Below are positions 48,846 through 62,000 of a DNA stretch of 62,000 bases, one piece after another; position 1 is the first letter of the stretch; every line of letters begins with the position of its first letter. Made by a program: the position numbers and the translations under genes. The stretch comes from Diadema setosum (lineage: Eukaryota). The notes beneath the pieces are model-generated. The model had not been told where the DNA came from, did not search any database, and was given only the letters and a program-made list of their open reading frames with translations. The stretch covers positions 46,252,001-46,314,000 of the forward strand of contig NC_092686.1 of NCBI RefSeq assembly GCF_964275005.1, read 5' to 3'.

Positions 48846-49794
48846 AGAAAGCAGCTGATATACATCAAGAAGAACAGCTGATGTCAAGTTTCGTTTTGCT
48901 TTTTCCTTCAGAATTTAATCATAGAGACTGGTAAGGAGAGTCTCAGAACTGAAATTGAGTCTATATATTCAAGATCGGCTGCCATCCATACAATGATTTT
49001 CCAAGATGTAGTCATGAAGACGTGAAAAAGAAATAAACTTTGTTAGTTCTGATATAGAATGAGCATGTTGAAAATGTATTTTCTGCTGGCAACTGATTTC
49101 TGAGTTTACACCTTCTTTAGAGAATGATCTGGACAAATTTATTGCCACTTTCATGTCGGATGAAACGTTAGAATGCTTTTGTTGATGACTATCATCTGTT
49201 AATTGCTGGCATAATTGAAGAGGGCACTTTTTTTAATACATGGAGCCGGGTCAAATTCGCAAGGCCCATTAGGAATACTCTGATTTCTGCAGCTGATGTT
49301 GGGGCAAGTAACTCAAATCATGAAGATGGCAATAGAATTAGGAATCTCAAAGTTTCCGATGTTGGGAAGGGTTGCTTTTAAATCTTTTATTGTTTAAGAA
49401 AAAAATGAATTACTGTAACGCTCTGCTACTATCTCTCGTTTAAATCTGAATAATAGCTTGCTTGTTTCCTTGCTAGAAAGTGATATTGCAATCTTGGAAA
49501 ACTGCTCTTAATTACCCGTGTGGTCTTTGATCCTACATTCAAGTTACAAGCCAATTTATTAGAGATAATGTGGTATATACCTCCTGCCGCATATTTTGAC
49601 AGGTAAATCTCATAAACCAGATTTACGCCATTTCCTTTCATGCTGCGATATGCAACAGCTTTTGGTTTGATGTAGGCCTAAACTTTCCATGGCTTGTTCG
49701 GATGGATTTTTACATGTCTCTGCTTATACGTGCCGGGGCATGCTCAGCAAGAGCAGTGATTTGTTCTTTGGATTGCAACTGATCGACAAATTAA

Positions 49795-50357
49795 AGGACA
49801 AGTTAACCTTCATAGACATGTGGGTTGAGTGAATGCAGCAATATTAGTAGAACACATCAATGAGAGTTTGAGGAAAATCGGACAATCCGTTCAAAAGTTA
49901 TGAATTTTTGAAGTTTCTGCTCAGTCACGGCTGGATGAGAAGACTACTAGAGCTTGTGATGTCATATGAGTACAACTATATAAAGAAAGTATAAAGAAAA
50001 TTCAAGATATTCTCACTTTTCTCACATAATAAAAGAACACTCGACTTCTCTCTTTGAGAAGTCAGGGGGAATAACATTACCCCTAACATATGTCAGTAAC
50101 AAGTCGAAGATAATATGTGCACTTTATTAAAAAAGTCAAGTTTTGTGAAATTCTCTTTTTATTTTCCATTATATCGTTGTACGCATGTGACATCATACAC
50201 TGTAGCAGTCTTCTCCTCCAGCAGTGATTGCACAGATATTTTAACAATTCATAACTTTTGAACGGATTGTCGGATTTCCCCCAAACTTTCACTGATGTGT
50301 TCTACTGATATTGTTGCCTTCACTCAATCCACATGTATATGAAGGTGAACTTGTCCT
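49795..50357. mobile_element. Kolobok-like MITE (family K2, copy 2)
   Basis: TTAA|AGGACAAGTT ... GAACTTGTCCT|TTAA; collinear with 34847-35404. Confidence 0.8.
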
Positions 50358-51044
50358 TTAATCATCATCGAAGTGAAATACCGATATAACCATGATTTTA
50401 AAAAAATGGACATATGCTCCGGTGGGAATATGTTCGAGTATCTATGCCCATGTTTGTTTTTGCTTTTTGTATCATGGATATGCTTCAACATCGAATATAG
50501 TATGCATTTACGTCGATGAAGAGCAATTTGTCAATCAGTTGCAAGATATTCAGAGTTCTCAACAGCTTCGGACAGCTTCCACGAAAGGACAATTCAGCTA
50601 TAAGTCTCTTTACAAAATCGACAGGATTAATATCGAGTTTCCGGGTGGAGATCAGCTTCAAAGAGATTTTGGTTTCAGGAGCCTGAAACTAGAGGTGATG
50701 CCTGAGTGATCAGAGAAACCATGTCAGTGTCTGATATTGTGTCCATCTGCTTGGCGTGCAACGAGCATATAGATCCGGTATGTGACCGTGGATATGAGCT
50801 GGCTGGTTAAAGGGACTAAATACAGCGCAAACATATTGACTTAATTGTATAGATTCATGCACGGAGTATAGCTCCATGATTCAAGATACCCTGACCGTCA
50901 CTTATGTTGCTAAACAACAACAATAACAACAACCAAAGAACACACACACAATCTAAATATGTAACATAAATATTTTCTAATGATATTTCTATACTGTTTT
51001 CTTCCAGATTACTATTGGGATACGCCCAAAAAAATCAAACAAAT

Positions 51045-51046
<2 letters not shown>

Positions 51047-51107
<61 letters not shown>
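51047..51107. repeat. (CA)n microsatellite
   Basis: Read directly; other CA/GT tracts at ~305, 14270, 26037 and 45565. Confidence 0.95.
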
Positions 51108-51108
<1 letters not shown>

Positions 51109-52849
51109 CTTTCCAAACCAAGATTCTGCCGGTTCATTCTGGCAATCATTGCAGAAGTATAAATGATTAACAAAAGGCATCGGGATGCACATTCCCCTAT
51201 AGATGGAGCATAACTTGTTTGTTTTCTGGCAATGTCGTTTGTTATTCATCATATTTGTAACAAGTGTAAATGGTTTTGGTTATTTTGATGGGATTATGCA
51301 ATTAATCCAATTTTCTGGGCTCATGTTGTGTACAATAAAAATGCAGATTTAGGTTCTGGAGTTGGCACAGCGTGGTTTGCATTTCTTTGGTTTGCATTTC
51401 CTCTGGCCCTATATGACGATTGTCTTCCACCTCCGTTCAGTATACCAGCGACTCAATTATTGTTGATCACCCCAATCCCTGTCAACCTGCGATGGTGACA
51501 CTATAGAGCATACTGCGTCTTGATTGAGGGTTTCGATCTAAATCGAGATTGTTAAATTGCCTATATACACCGTGATGAAGGAGACAAGAGTTCTTCCTGG
51601 ATCAGATCAATGAAGCAAATCTCCAGCCAAGAGATGAGTGTGACGAAAATAACTGCACTGCTAATCACCTTTATTGTTATATCTATAGTGTAGAAACCGG
51701 TGTCAAACACTTGAAGAGTGTCTCGTTCAAAATCCAGTGATTAACTCGTGAATGAAGACTAGTGATGTGTGAAGCTCAACATGTCCTTGCGATGGCACAC
51801 ATTAAATGTCAAAGTGGAGCGGGGTAGGGTAAAACTCAAATATCATTTATTATCAGTTTGTTTGCAAATCAGTTTCTGTAAAAGAGCCAAAGAGATGTTC
51901 CATGCATGATCAATGAATTTGCATATCAAAATTTCATTCCTAGAATAAACTTAACGCCTGTTCTGAACGTATACGATGTTATTAAGCTTATAATCGGTCT
52001 ATATAAATACGTCACCACTGCGTTGCTATGCTTCCATTCGCGTTCCTTTTTTTCTTCAGAAGGCTTCTGTATTTACGACACAATAATTACATTGTATGGA
52101 TTCAATGATACAGGGATGGAATGGTAATAATGACTGACTCCACGTGATTTGAACGCCGTGCACACTTAGCAAGCACGTATACGAAAATCGTATATAGCAT
52201 GAAGACAATTTGTTTTGCTAAGCATTCATTATAGTCAAAAAGTTTCGTTTGGAAGACGCATGATAAACTTTATCGGCATATCATTAGCCAAAAGCTCATT
52301 CAGAAAGACGATTTTTAAGAACAGTAGATTCTTAGGATTGAAAAACAAACAAACAACAAAATACACACAGAAACCTATATCATAACTATATCAAAACTAT
52401 CATAACTATATCAAAACAAACAAACAACAAAATACACACAGAAAACTATATCATACACTTTTCTAAAAACTAATGACTTTCAGCAGCAGACATCGTTTAT
52501 TTTAACCATGGAGCTACAACGAAGCTCCATGGTTTAGCAAAGATATATTGTGATTATGTATTCTAAATTCAATTCCTCTATCGAAGGATGACATGGTCGG
52601 GATCGAGAAAATCTAACTTTAATAATATTAAAGTTAGATTATTACCATATTATGGTTTCGATATTCACCGTGACGTTAAAACTCTGAAAGTTTTAACACC
52701 ACTCAAAGCGAAAGAAACGAAATCAAAGAAAAATCACCCAGAACACTAAAATTGGTGTGCATTTTCCTAAGCCTTCCGTATGTATAAAGCTAGTCTTTTT
52801 CTTTCAGACTCCAAGCCAGTTACTTTGTTAGGCTGTCGAGTCATGAGTT

Positions 52850-53720
52850 TTTTCAAGAAGAATTGACGAATATCTATATTATAAAAACGAAAATCGCACT
52901 CTATGGGCGCGTATGAGTGAAATTTGTGTAGTTTTTTCTCATTATCGCAAAAAAAGCAGCAAGTGCCACTTAGCTGTGTATGCAGTAGAGGAGACTCACA
53001 TAACTTGATGTCACAGAGTCTCACACAGAGACTTCGTGCACGTAAAATCCTAACGCTGAAGCCAACCATCCACCAACAACAACAACTGCAAAGTACGTGA
53101 TCTCTGCGCTACCCTTGCTTGCCGAACGAGTGACAATCGATAGCTCAAGGCCGACGGTAGGGAGCCGTCACTGATGAGCGCATCCCCAAAGAATAAACCT
53201 GGTCCTTTCAAGCGATACTTTCCATTTCAGCCGCTCAACTAGTTTCGGGAAGTCGTGGCAGAGAGTGGAACGCTTGGTACGGTACCAAAAGTTTGCAGGA
53301 TAGGGCTTTGGTATATCCAAAAAAGGTTGGGACAGCCCAATCATGGTGATTTACTTTTCGAAAAATCATTACAGGAATTCTAGCTGCGGACTGGAAGGAG
53401 TCAAATAACAACAACACTTACGAGGTATAGGGTGCGATCAGACCATCTGAAGCATGATTTCGCCGGTTTCATGCCGCCCACCACCAAACCGCTGAACTTC
53501 GGTCTCTTACCATCGTCGCATAGTCCTTTTGTTTTGTTTTCTCTGCTTCTTGCTCTTCTCCGTTTGATGTCCGGGCGATGTCGCAATAATAATTTGACGT
53601 GAGGGTATATAAACGTGATACGCGTTGATTTATCCATCAATGATATCGACAAATTTAGCGTGACAGCTCGAAATCTTGCTCTCTGCTCGATGTGAGTTTC
53701 CTTCTGGATATGTTTTTTTT
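52850..53720 (+). promoter_or_regulatory. CpG-rich putative promoter and 5' UTR exon region of the SLC18B1-like gene
   Basis: CpG-rich block just upstream of the acceptor-led ATG exon; candidate donors near 53424 (GAG|GTATAG) and 53692 (|GTGAGT). Confidence 0.45.
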
Positions 53721-54211
53721 TTTCCCCTGTGTTCATCATCGTGAAATAGAAATACATATTTCTATTTTGAATTTGTTAGAAAAAGCAGTGTTTTTTGGCT
53801 TGCATAATATCGTTGCAGTAGATGAGGGAGATAGGTGTAGCATATATATTACTACTGTATATTTCCGAACTAATCTTATGAGATTAAAATTTTGCAGTAA
53901 CTTCATGCAAGTTGGTGATGTTGTAGTAATATAAAATACTTGCTGTAACCTGGACAGTACAAATCATGATTTTATATTTCTTCTGTGTTCATAAAGTCAT
54001 TGCTTATTTCAGTGTATTTATAATGTTACTTTACATCTTTTACATTTCAGCCTGAATACTAAAATAGTAAGTGCAGATGCTTTACATACTTTTACAGTGA
54101 AGATTTAATTCTGTCTCTGCCATATTTAAATTGTTCACTGTGGAAGATTCCCAACTGAAATTTCGTGTATAAATGATTTGCCCCCTTTCAGAATTTGACT
54201 GCAAATCTTTG

Positions 54212-54544
54212 ATGGAAACTACACAACTCGCCATGGAAAATCACAACAGCAACAACTCCAAAGCTTCCGGGATCATAGTATGCGATGGAGTATCATCCAT
54301 ATCAGGGAGTTTTTCCAAGGAGGCAGATGGATACACATTGCTAGGCAACCGTGCCGTAGTTGAGAATGAGGAGGACTGCATTGAGACAGTGGTGGACTCC
54401 AAGGAAGATGAAGGTGCTAAAAAGGGCAAAAGGAATTATGCTCCTACATCTAGGAGGGATAAGATGGTATATGCTGGACTTGCCGCTGTGTCTATTGCTG
54501 ATCTGATGCTGTATTCAGTACTGGCTCCATTTTTTCCCATCGAG
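54212..54544 (+). CDS. SLC18B1: SLC18B1-like first coding exon (acceptor at 54191/54192)
   Basis: CCCCTTTCAG| acceptor, ATG at 54212 (second ATG downstream), ends YSVLAPFFPIE|GTAAGC. Confidence 0.85.
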
Positions 54545-57500
54545 GTAAGCTATCAGCTATCAGCAGAAATTTGCAAAATCATACTTACCTGTTCATAATT
54601 GCCACATTTTTCCAATGGCAGTGGGGAAAAATGACTCTTACAATGTTTTATTTATATGCTTGCACATATCAGCAATTTTGGAAGAGGATACCAAGTGAAC
54701 AAGACAAAAAAACAGTTATTTTTTGTCAAGAACAATTAACCCCCAGTTATTGTGTGATTTCTTTGTGAAACTGCCATCTGATGTAGTAAGTTTCTGGGTT
54801 GTTTTCCTCTATAAATGAAAAAGATTCATTTTTTTTTTCAGATGTTGGTTGCAGCACTCATTATCACCTACAGTGATAAAAGCTCCCCAACCACTCAAAA
54901 TGATACATAGAAGGAAGCAGTGATAGAAAAAGAAATGAAGAGTTTGTTTGCAAAAACCGATAAGTCCATATTTGCCAAATGGAGATATTTGCGATTAAAG
55001 GTCAAGAAAAATAAAGAGAATAATAGGAAAATTTTTGCTTCTTTTGACCATAACTTCAAAAATATACCTTTATATGTAGTGACCAATATATCATTTAAAA
55101 GGTATTATTTTGTACTTTATGACAGAGATCGTACTTCAAAATCTTCAAAAATGGACTTATCGGTTTTTGCAAACAAACCCTTCAAATGGACACACTTTTT
55201 AATCTATTACTTTAGCTTCCTATTCTATGGGTTTTGAAATTGAGACATTTATTTTTATTATAGGCTTGATTAAATGAGAAAATGTGCTTCAAACAACAAT
55301 ATGCCTATTATTTTGAGAGGCGTGATACTTGAGTGTGGATTGCATCAGTATGTAGTAGACCCTTGTGTGCTGTATAGCAGGGGGATAGGAAACTGGTTGG
55401 CTGCTCTACTAATAAAGTAGACTTGATGATGCTAGGCCAGCTTTTTGCATATTCCCTCATGGCCAAAGTACCTATATTATGACTTCCTGGTAATAATTGC
55501 TTCCCTCAGTCTTCACTTGTCTCTATGAGGAAGGAAATGTGTGCGATACATGACAAGGAAAAACACAGAGAGTCTAATCATCATTTAATCTATGACCATG
55601 TTTTGTAGTTCTCAGCTGGACTGTCTAACAAAGTGATAGTCAGTCATCAGTGATAAAGATGGTTAATTTTTTAATTAATTATTTTGAATTAAATAGGTTT
55701 ATTTATTATCAAACTTGGCAGCCCAATGTATGAATTGTGTCTGATTTACATGCAATGATTAAAATAAAAGAGACGGTTAATTTTTTAATTAATTATTTTT
55801 GATTAAATAGGTTTATTTATTTTCAAACTTGGCAGCCCAATGGCTGAATTGTGTCTGATTTACATGCAATGATCAAAATACTTTAATCATATACTACACA
55901 AAAAGGAACGAATCATCAACTGCATTTGTCCGCATTAAAAAAAAAATCATACGTACATGGAATAAAAAAGATAATTGCATTATGTGAAAAAAAAAAATGT
56001 TTGTTCTACAGACCATAATAATTATATAACATTAAAAAAAAAATTATATAAATAACCAGTCAACTTAGCAAATGAGAATGTATCAGAGTTCTCTTGGTAG
56101 TTTATTGGTCACAATAAAGTAAAGAACATTAAGAAACTTATCATGTACTTGATAATATCCACACATGATGCCAGCATAGATCTATCAAGATTTCATCTAC
56201 ATTTGGAAGGAAATGCTTAGAATATTTTGCATTTTGTGTCCACCTCTTCCTTCCAATAGGCAGCCAAGAAAGGTGTTTCAACAACAGTCAGTGGCCTTGT
56301 CTTTGGAGTGTATGCCCTCGTTGGCTTTCTCTCTTCCCCAATCATTGGAAAATATGTAAGTGCTGTAATTTAGAGCTGTACTTCTAAATCTTTACATCTT
56401 AATTTTGTTTGAGACCAAGAAACTTAACTTACAAGTGAAAATAATATTGTATTTGCATATATGCTATATACATGTTAGATCATTCCACTTCTAATCTTGT
56501 ATATCAATATTTTTGTGATTGGACTGGAATTAGTCGCCATGGTCGCAGAAATGGAGATTTAGCTACTTTTAGAGCTGTGTTGAAACATATCCATGATGTG
56601 TCTTTGTTTGAGGTACATTACATCATCAGGAACACACCCATTTTAAAATGCCCTGAATCACACCCCAGGGTGGGTGTCCTCAATGATCTCTTCCTAGTTG
56701 ATATATTACCATTGCCAGAGTGGGCAGATGAGTGGTGGATCAAGTATCAGGTGGTCAACCAAGCCAACATGACTACAAAATATATACTCCAACGCAGCAA
56801 GGAAGAAGTAGCTCCTTGATATTTGTACTGGTATCACACAGCACTGCTGCTCCAAATTTATACTCTAAATGCACACTGTATGAGAAAACCGGAAGAATTG
56901 ACTATTGATCTATAACTGTATCTAAGTACAAATATAGAGCTGGTTCTGTTGTAATGGTTGTAAGATAATATATATACAAGTTGCCAGATGAATATGACCT
57001 TCTTTTTTTTTTCTTCTTGATAGACTTAATACTATGATATTGATTCAAGTTTGTCTATATAGATTAAAGAGAAGAGGGCAAAGTGAAAATTGCATTTAGT
57101 AAAGCATCTAACATGCCATGTTTTATTTCATTCTTGTTTAAAAGGTTGGTGTGCTTGGCCCCAAATTCCTCTTCTTCAGCGGAACGTTTGTTTGTGCAGG
57201 ATGCAACATTCTCTTTGGGTAAGGATTCAGAATTTCTAAGAGCATTTTTCCACATACAGTAATTTATCGATTGCCTTCTGGCAGGTAAAACAATTTTGAA
57301 CTTAATTGTAACTATGGAAGCATGAGTTAGATATTGGTACATCTCTACCAAACAAATCTGCTTTGCAAACTTCACTGGTTTTGCTTTGATTATTTTTTTT
57401 TTTTTTTTGAGAGAGAGAGTTCAAGGAACCCTTTGATATTTTTCATCTGAAAATACCACATTTAAATGCTCACCATGTATTCACTTTATGTTATAGGTCC

Positions 57501-60500
57501 TGTCTATATGTTATCTAAAATCCTTATTTGCTTGGAAGTTCATGGATATCACCCATAACCATGGAACACAAGTTCAAATAGTCTATCAGCCCAGTTTGTG
57601 TAAAGTAATTTGCCTCTATGCTACAGTAATCAGCACTGTTAGTGCATATCATCTATTTGTGAAGAGTGATTAGTTTGGTTTGCTGTCACTATATGGTTTA
57701 TAAAGGGGAACAGATGGGCAAAGTCTATGAATTGATTACCTGGGACTGATTATTACCTTTGAGATAAGAAGTGTGTTGTTTTGCTTTTTAGCTTCACATG
57801 AATGTAAGAAGTGATTTTCACATCAGTTGTGATTTTTTTTTCCTTCCTCCCCCACACACTGTATTCTTGTCTTTCCAATAATCCTCTGAGGTCAATTTTC
57901 ATTTTATGTTGCTAAAATGTTCTTGCCTAAAATTCACTTCATTTTTGGTTCTTTCTCTGTTGCTATCTCATAGAGTGCTAGATGAGATAGATGACAAAAC
58001 AACGTTCATCACGTTCTGCTTTGTGCTCCGGAGCATCGAGGCCATAGGTTCGTCTGCTGCCCTCACGGCATGCCTGACCATCGTGGCAACAATGTTCCCT
58101 GACAGGGTCACTCAGATGACTGTAAGGAAAATACTTTGACACAATCATGTTTTTAGGTTTTGCAGTAGCATTAATGTGTTCTAAAAGATCCACTCAACTC
58201 CTGAAAATCTCTCTTATGAATGTCTTGAGGGAGTTCATGAATACTTTAATCAATGATGTAAAGGCTTGCTGAGGTACTGTAATGAAACATATCAGAGAAC
58301 AAGAAGAAATATCATGACTGTGTTGGCATAAGAATGGCAATTTTAAATACAAATCCTTACCATAGGCCTACTTATGTTTGTTCATTTGATTTCATGGCCT
58401 AGTGTGCCCTTCACTGTACTACTGCGTTAATTGGCTGGAATAGTTGTTGTTGGTTTGTTTGTTTGTTTGTTTGTTTGTTTTAGCAAGTAGGAAGTATGGA
58501 TGCTCATATACAGCAGTATTAATCATTGAAAAAACATTAGTGCAACTTTTTATCAGAAAGTATGTTCATTTCATCATTTCAAGGTAGCATTGCAGTGGTA
58601 TATCCTGTGAATATATTGAGCCAACCAAGCTTTCATTATAATGTGGAATTCCGCCGGATTTGAGTCAGTCAATTAGTGTGCATATTGCGTAATTCCTGTT
58701 TTCTAGATTGTCTGTCTGTTTCTGAGAGGAGAATTAAGTGTGTCTAAGCTCATACCAAACCCACACACCTGTGTGCTAATCCAAGAAGGCACCGGGTCCT
58801 TATCGGAGACCCCTTTTTGGTACCGCATCCTACCATTCACCGGTAGGTGGGGCAGGTAGCGGATGTAGGAAGTGAACTGTGGTGTGCAGGAAATGTGTGG
58901 CGCTCAGGAAACCAACAGGAAGTCTGCATTGTATATATAATTGCATTGCAGAACACTTTCTTTTTTTTTTTTATTGTGGCTGAGTTTATAGCATTTGAGT
59001 TTTGGTGTAGGGTTGGTCTCTTCCATTCATTCTCTCTAAATATAGACTTTAAAGCTATTTCTATAGCAATTTTCTTTTCCTTTTTTTTTTTTTTTTTTTT
59101 TTTTTGGGCTGTTTAACAGGGAACCATGGAAATGTTGAATGGTTTTCTGTGGCTGAGTTATAGCATTTGAGTTTGGGTGTAGGGTTGGCCTCTTCCAGCC
59201 ATCCTTCCCAAATATATACCAGTACTTTAAAGCTCATAATGTTCATGGTAATAATGTTTCTTTCTTTTCTTTTTTGACTGTTAACAGGGAACCATGGAAA
59301 TGTTCAATGGTCTCGGGCTCATGATTGGCCCAGCACTTGGAAGTTTGTTCTACAAGGTAATAATTTCCTCCAAACTGCTTCTTGTATTTTTGATATGCCA
59401 GTATATTCCATCTCAATTACATCGTCACCTAATGAAATCAAAAGAAAAAAATCATGAATATATTAATTGATCATTATTTCATGTACAACATAGTGATTCA
59501 TGAGTAGATTAAAACATGATAACAATACTTGTTTTCCTTTGCATTGGCTTTCGGAATCATAGGATCAAGTCAATGTGTCATTTTTATTGAAGAAGTATAG
59601 GATTTAATAGCAGAAACAATGTTCATATATACAGGATGAAAGGATGTGAAACACTGTATGATATTTCCTTCTGTAATGCAGATCCAATCATAAAAGTTGA
59701 CAGAAAGTTGGGACAGGAACTTTACACAACGGTTCTATACATAGTGTAACTCCATTACAGTCACTTGCCTGTATAATACTATCTCGCCCCTAATACTACC
59801 TTGAGAATCTTGTTACAAGAATTGCTTATGTCAGTATGTGGTCAAAGCGATTAAATCATGTATGACACAGTGACAGGTGTCTCATGTATGTTTTGCATGG
59901 CATGCTTGTGAATACTGCCAGAGTTTTGGATGATTGGATGTGGTCTCCTAGCAACCACTTGCTCTCTCCTCCAGGGTCTTGACAAAATGGCTGTCTAGTC
60001 ATTCTCTTTTTCTTTGCTCTTAACCCCTCAGATTGGTGGATACAAGCTCCCTTTCCTGGTACTCGGAGGCATCGATTTGACTGTTCTGATCATTGTCATG
60101 TTTTTGCTACCCAAAGAGAGTAAGTCTGTGCGTCAGGCAGGAAATGAAACTCCACAACACAGGATAGACCATTCACAGTGCAAATACATTACAATGTAAT
60201 TAAAGGGTTGTCCCTTTCATCTGGTAACATAATGACATTGTAAGTGCTGGTAAACAACTTTCATTAAAGATCGTAATTACTTTGTTTGTTCTTCACTTGA
60301 TTGCAGTGACTTTGTGATGCCCTTCCACTTTAGTGTCATTAAATGCAATCAACAGCCACCACGTTTACCAAAAGATGTGTATATGAAGATTTGAAACCAA
60401 AACAAAATAACCTCTACTACATAACACCACAATTTCATCTGTATATGTGACTTTCAAAGATATAGAATGGTATATTGGGCATATATACATCTGCTGGATG

Positions 60501-61195
60501 AGAATCTTGAACCTCTTGAAGAGCGGATTACAGGGCAAATATGGCTCTTTTTTATTCAAACAAGAGGCAGATATGATACTCTTGATCTGGATTTCATTGT
60601 CTGATGTGTTTTTCTTTTCTTCCAATTTTAAAAGTTTATTGGTCCTGCATATGAAACTGTTCTTTGTCAGAGCAGAGATGTGCTGCAAATGTTTCTGTAA
60701 TCAATTCTGTATAATCATCATATATTTTTTTTTTCAAACTTATGGCCTACAGGTATAAATATACAAAAAATATAATATAACTATAGAAAGAGTGTATTTT
60801 AAACCTATTCAAGTCTGTTCTCATCTAGATGTCTTTGGTTGGTTATGAACTTATTTTATAATCCAGTGCTTCTATTGTTTAGATTTTGTTGAAGTTTTAT
60901 TGTGAGGTGATTTCCCATACATGCACTGCAGATAGTTCAGACTGGACCTGTCTGCTATCATCTTGTAGCTCCAAGACAGTTGAAAGACAAAAAGGCCTTA
61001 TCTCTGTACATGTGATGTGACCCTATCTATTTTATTGGTGTTTATACTACAGTTCTACCCAAGGAAAGCACTAGGCCGGGCTCTATCCTGCGTCTGATGA
61101 TGATTCCAGCTGTGTGGCCAATGATCCTAGCGATACTTGTGGGTTCAACAACCTATACCCTACTGGATTCTACTCTTTCCCTTCATCTCAAGAGT
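54212..61195 (+). CDS. SLC18B1: Spliced gene: MFS-type transporter SLC18B1-like (vesicular polyamine transporter family), 5' part. Exons 54212-54544, 56260-56355, 57145-57218, 57974-58121, 59288-59356, 60032-60119, 61053-61195; continues beyond the window
   Basis: All junctions are GT-AG and phase-consistent. Product: ...YSVLAPFFPIE|AAKKGVSTTVSGLVFGVYALVGFLSSPIIGKY|VGVLGPKFLFFSGTFVCAGCNILFG|VLDEI...FCFVLRSIEAIGSSA...FPDRV..|GTMEMFNGLGLMIGPALGSLFYK|IGGYKLPFLVLG...|...LDSTLS. These are characteristic SLC18B1 N-half transmembrane motifs. Confidence 0.92.
54937..55183. mobile_element. Sola-like MITE
   Basis: AAAT|GAAGAGTTTGTTTGCAAAAACCGATAAGTCCAT ... ATGGACTTATCGGTTTTTGCAAACAAACCCTTC|AAAT. Confidence 0.78.
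55661..55880. repeat. Tandem duplication of ~114 bp, probably a LINE 3' end on the minus strand
   Basis: GGTTAATTTTTT...AAACTTGGCAGCCCAAT...ACATGCAATGAT.AAAATA occurs twice. Confidence 0.7.
56260..56355 (+). CDS. SLC18B1: SLC18B1-like exon
   Basis: TAG|GCA...TAT|GTAAGT, 96 nt. Confidence 0.92.
57145..57218 (+). CDS. SLC18B1: SLC18B1-like exon
   Basis: AAG|GTT...GG|GTAAGG, 74 nt, GPKF motif. Confidence 0.9.
57974..58121 (+). CDS. SLC18B1: SLC18B1-like exon
   Basis: TAG|A...ACT|GTAAGG, 148 nt. Confidence 0.92.
58975..59311 (+). repeat. ~170 bp tandem duplication including a splice acceptor and the start of an exon
   Basis: TGTGGCTGAGTT..TAGCATTTGAG...TTAACAGGGAACCATGGAAATGTT.AATGGT occurs twice. 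Confidence 0.8.
59288..59356 (+). CDS. SLC18B1: SLC18B1-like exon
   Basis: CAG|GGA...AAG|GTAAT, 69 nt, MFS antiporter-like GLGLMIGPALG motif. Confidence 0.92.
60032..60119 (+). CDS. SLC18B1: SLC18B1-like exon
   Basis: CAG|ATT...A|GTAAGT, 88 nt, GGYKLPF motif. Confidence 0.92.
61053..61195 (+). CDS. SLC18B1: SLC18B1-like exon
   Basis: CAG|TT...AGT|GTGAGT, 143 nt. Confidence 0.88.
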
Positions 61196-61659
61196 GTGAG
61201 TACACACCATTGCATCTTGTTCTTGTTGATGTCAAGACTTAATGAACTGTGTCAGGTGACATTCTACACTTAATAACTGCCACTACCCTCGTAAACGAGG
61301 ATGCACAGTATTACTTATAGTGCTCTGCTGCACATATTTTTCTCTTGATGTGCTACATAGTTCTTCTGGTCCTGCATTACTGCAAGGAATCAGCAGCTAT
61401 GGGACTGTTTATATTTATTCTCAATATTAAACAGAGAGAATTGAGTTGTTTCATTCCTAAATCCCTCTATAGAATTAGAATTAGTACTTTAGAGAGTGTT
61501 CGATCAAGGATCTGATCGCAAGGCCATTTGTATAATCAGGATAGTCAACTCATCATTTTCTCTCAGCAATACTGATTTAGGACCTACGTGTAGGTAGAAT
61601 GTGAACTTTAAAAATTTATACTAATGTTATCATTATTCTTAGTCTATTATAGCTATCAT

Positions 61660-61731
61660 ATCATTATTATGATTATGATGATGATGATGATGATGATTAT
61701 TATCATTATTATTATTATCATCATCATTATC

Positions 61732-61774
<43 letters not shown>

Positions 61775-61795
61775 ATAGTAGAGTAGTAGTACTAT
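61660..61795. repeat. Compound trinucleotide microsatellite (GAT/TAT/CAT/AGT)
   Basis: Read directly. Confidence 0.9.
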
Positions 61796-62000
61796 ATTCA
61801 TTATTGTCATCATTATCATTATTTTCATTTTTAATATGAATAGGCGATTAGTTGAGGAATAACAATAACGTGGGTGTGGCGGTGTATTTAGATGATTAGG
61901 CTGGAAAACAAGTTTAGCAGATTAGAAGCGGTTACTGATGGTAGAATTTGTAATTGTGGTCAGATCATGAGGACCACTCAGGAATACTCTGCATTTCTTG

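Noticed and set aside
50392..50709. 105-aa intergenic ORF
   Set aside because: No recognisable motif or splice context; length is compatible with chance.
53150..53222. Hammerhead ribozyme (GACGG..CCGTC stem then CTGATGAG)
   Set aside because: The required GAAA after stem II and a stem III with an NUH site are not found.

Overview
Eukaryotic, AT-rich, intron-rich animal genomic DNA. The repeat landscape looks like a marine invertebrate, probably an echinoderm, but that is inference only. Two spliced genes are arranged divergently. (1) Minus strand: a POLR1G/CD3EAP (RNA polymerase I subunit RPA34)-like gene with phase-consistent coding exons at 44291-44310, 43496-43613, 39879-40004, 38041-38095, 19224-19361 and 18457(or 18409)-18725, plus a possible terminal exon at 1141-1164. 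(2) Plus strand: an SLC18B1-like MFS transporter with seven phase-consistent coding exons from 54212 to 61195, continuing past the window end. Introns and intergenic DNA are packed with non-autonomous DNA transposons whose TIRs and TSDs can be read directly (Harbinger-, Kolobok-, piggyBac-, Tc1/pogo-, Sola-, Zator-, MULE- and Academ-like), Helentron/DINE-1-like elements, LINE relics and microsatellites. The most notable structure is a LINE RT relic split in two by a ~5.9 kb block bounded by two same-family Helentron-like elements, which suggests composite rolling-circle mobilisation. No prokaryote-type system (CRISPR, operon) is supported, and most ORFs in the supplied track are spurious.
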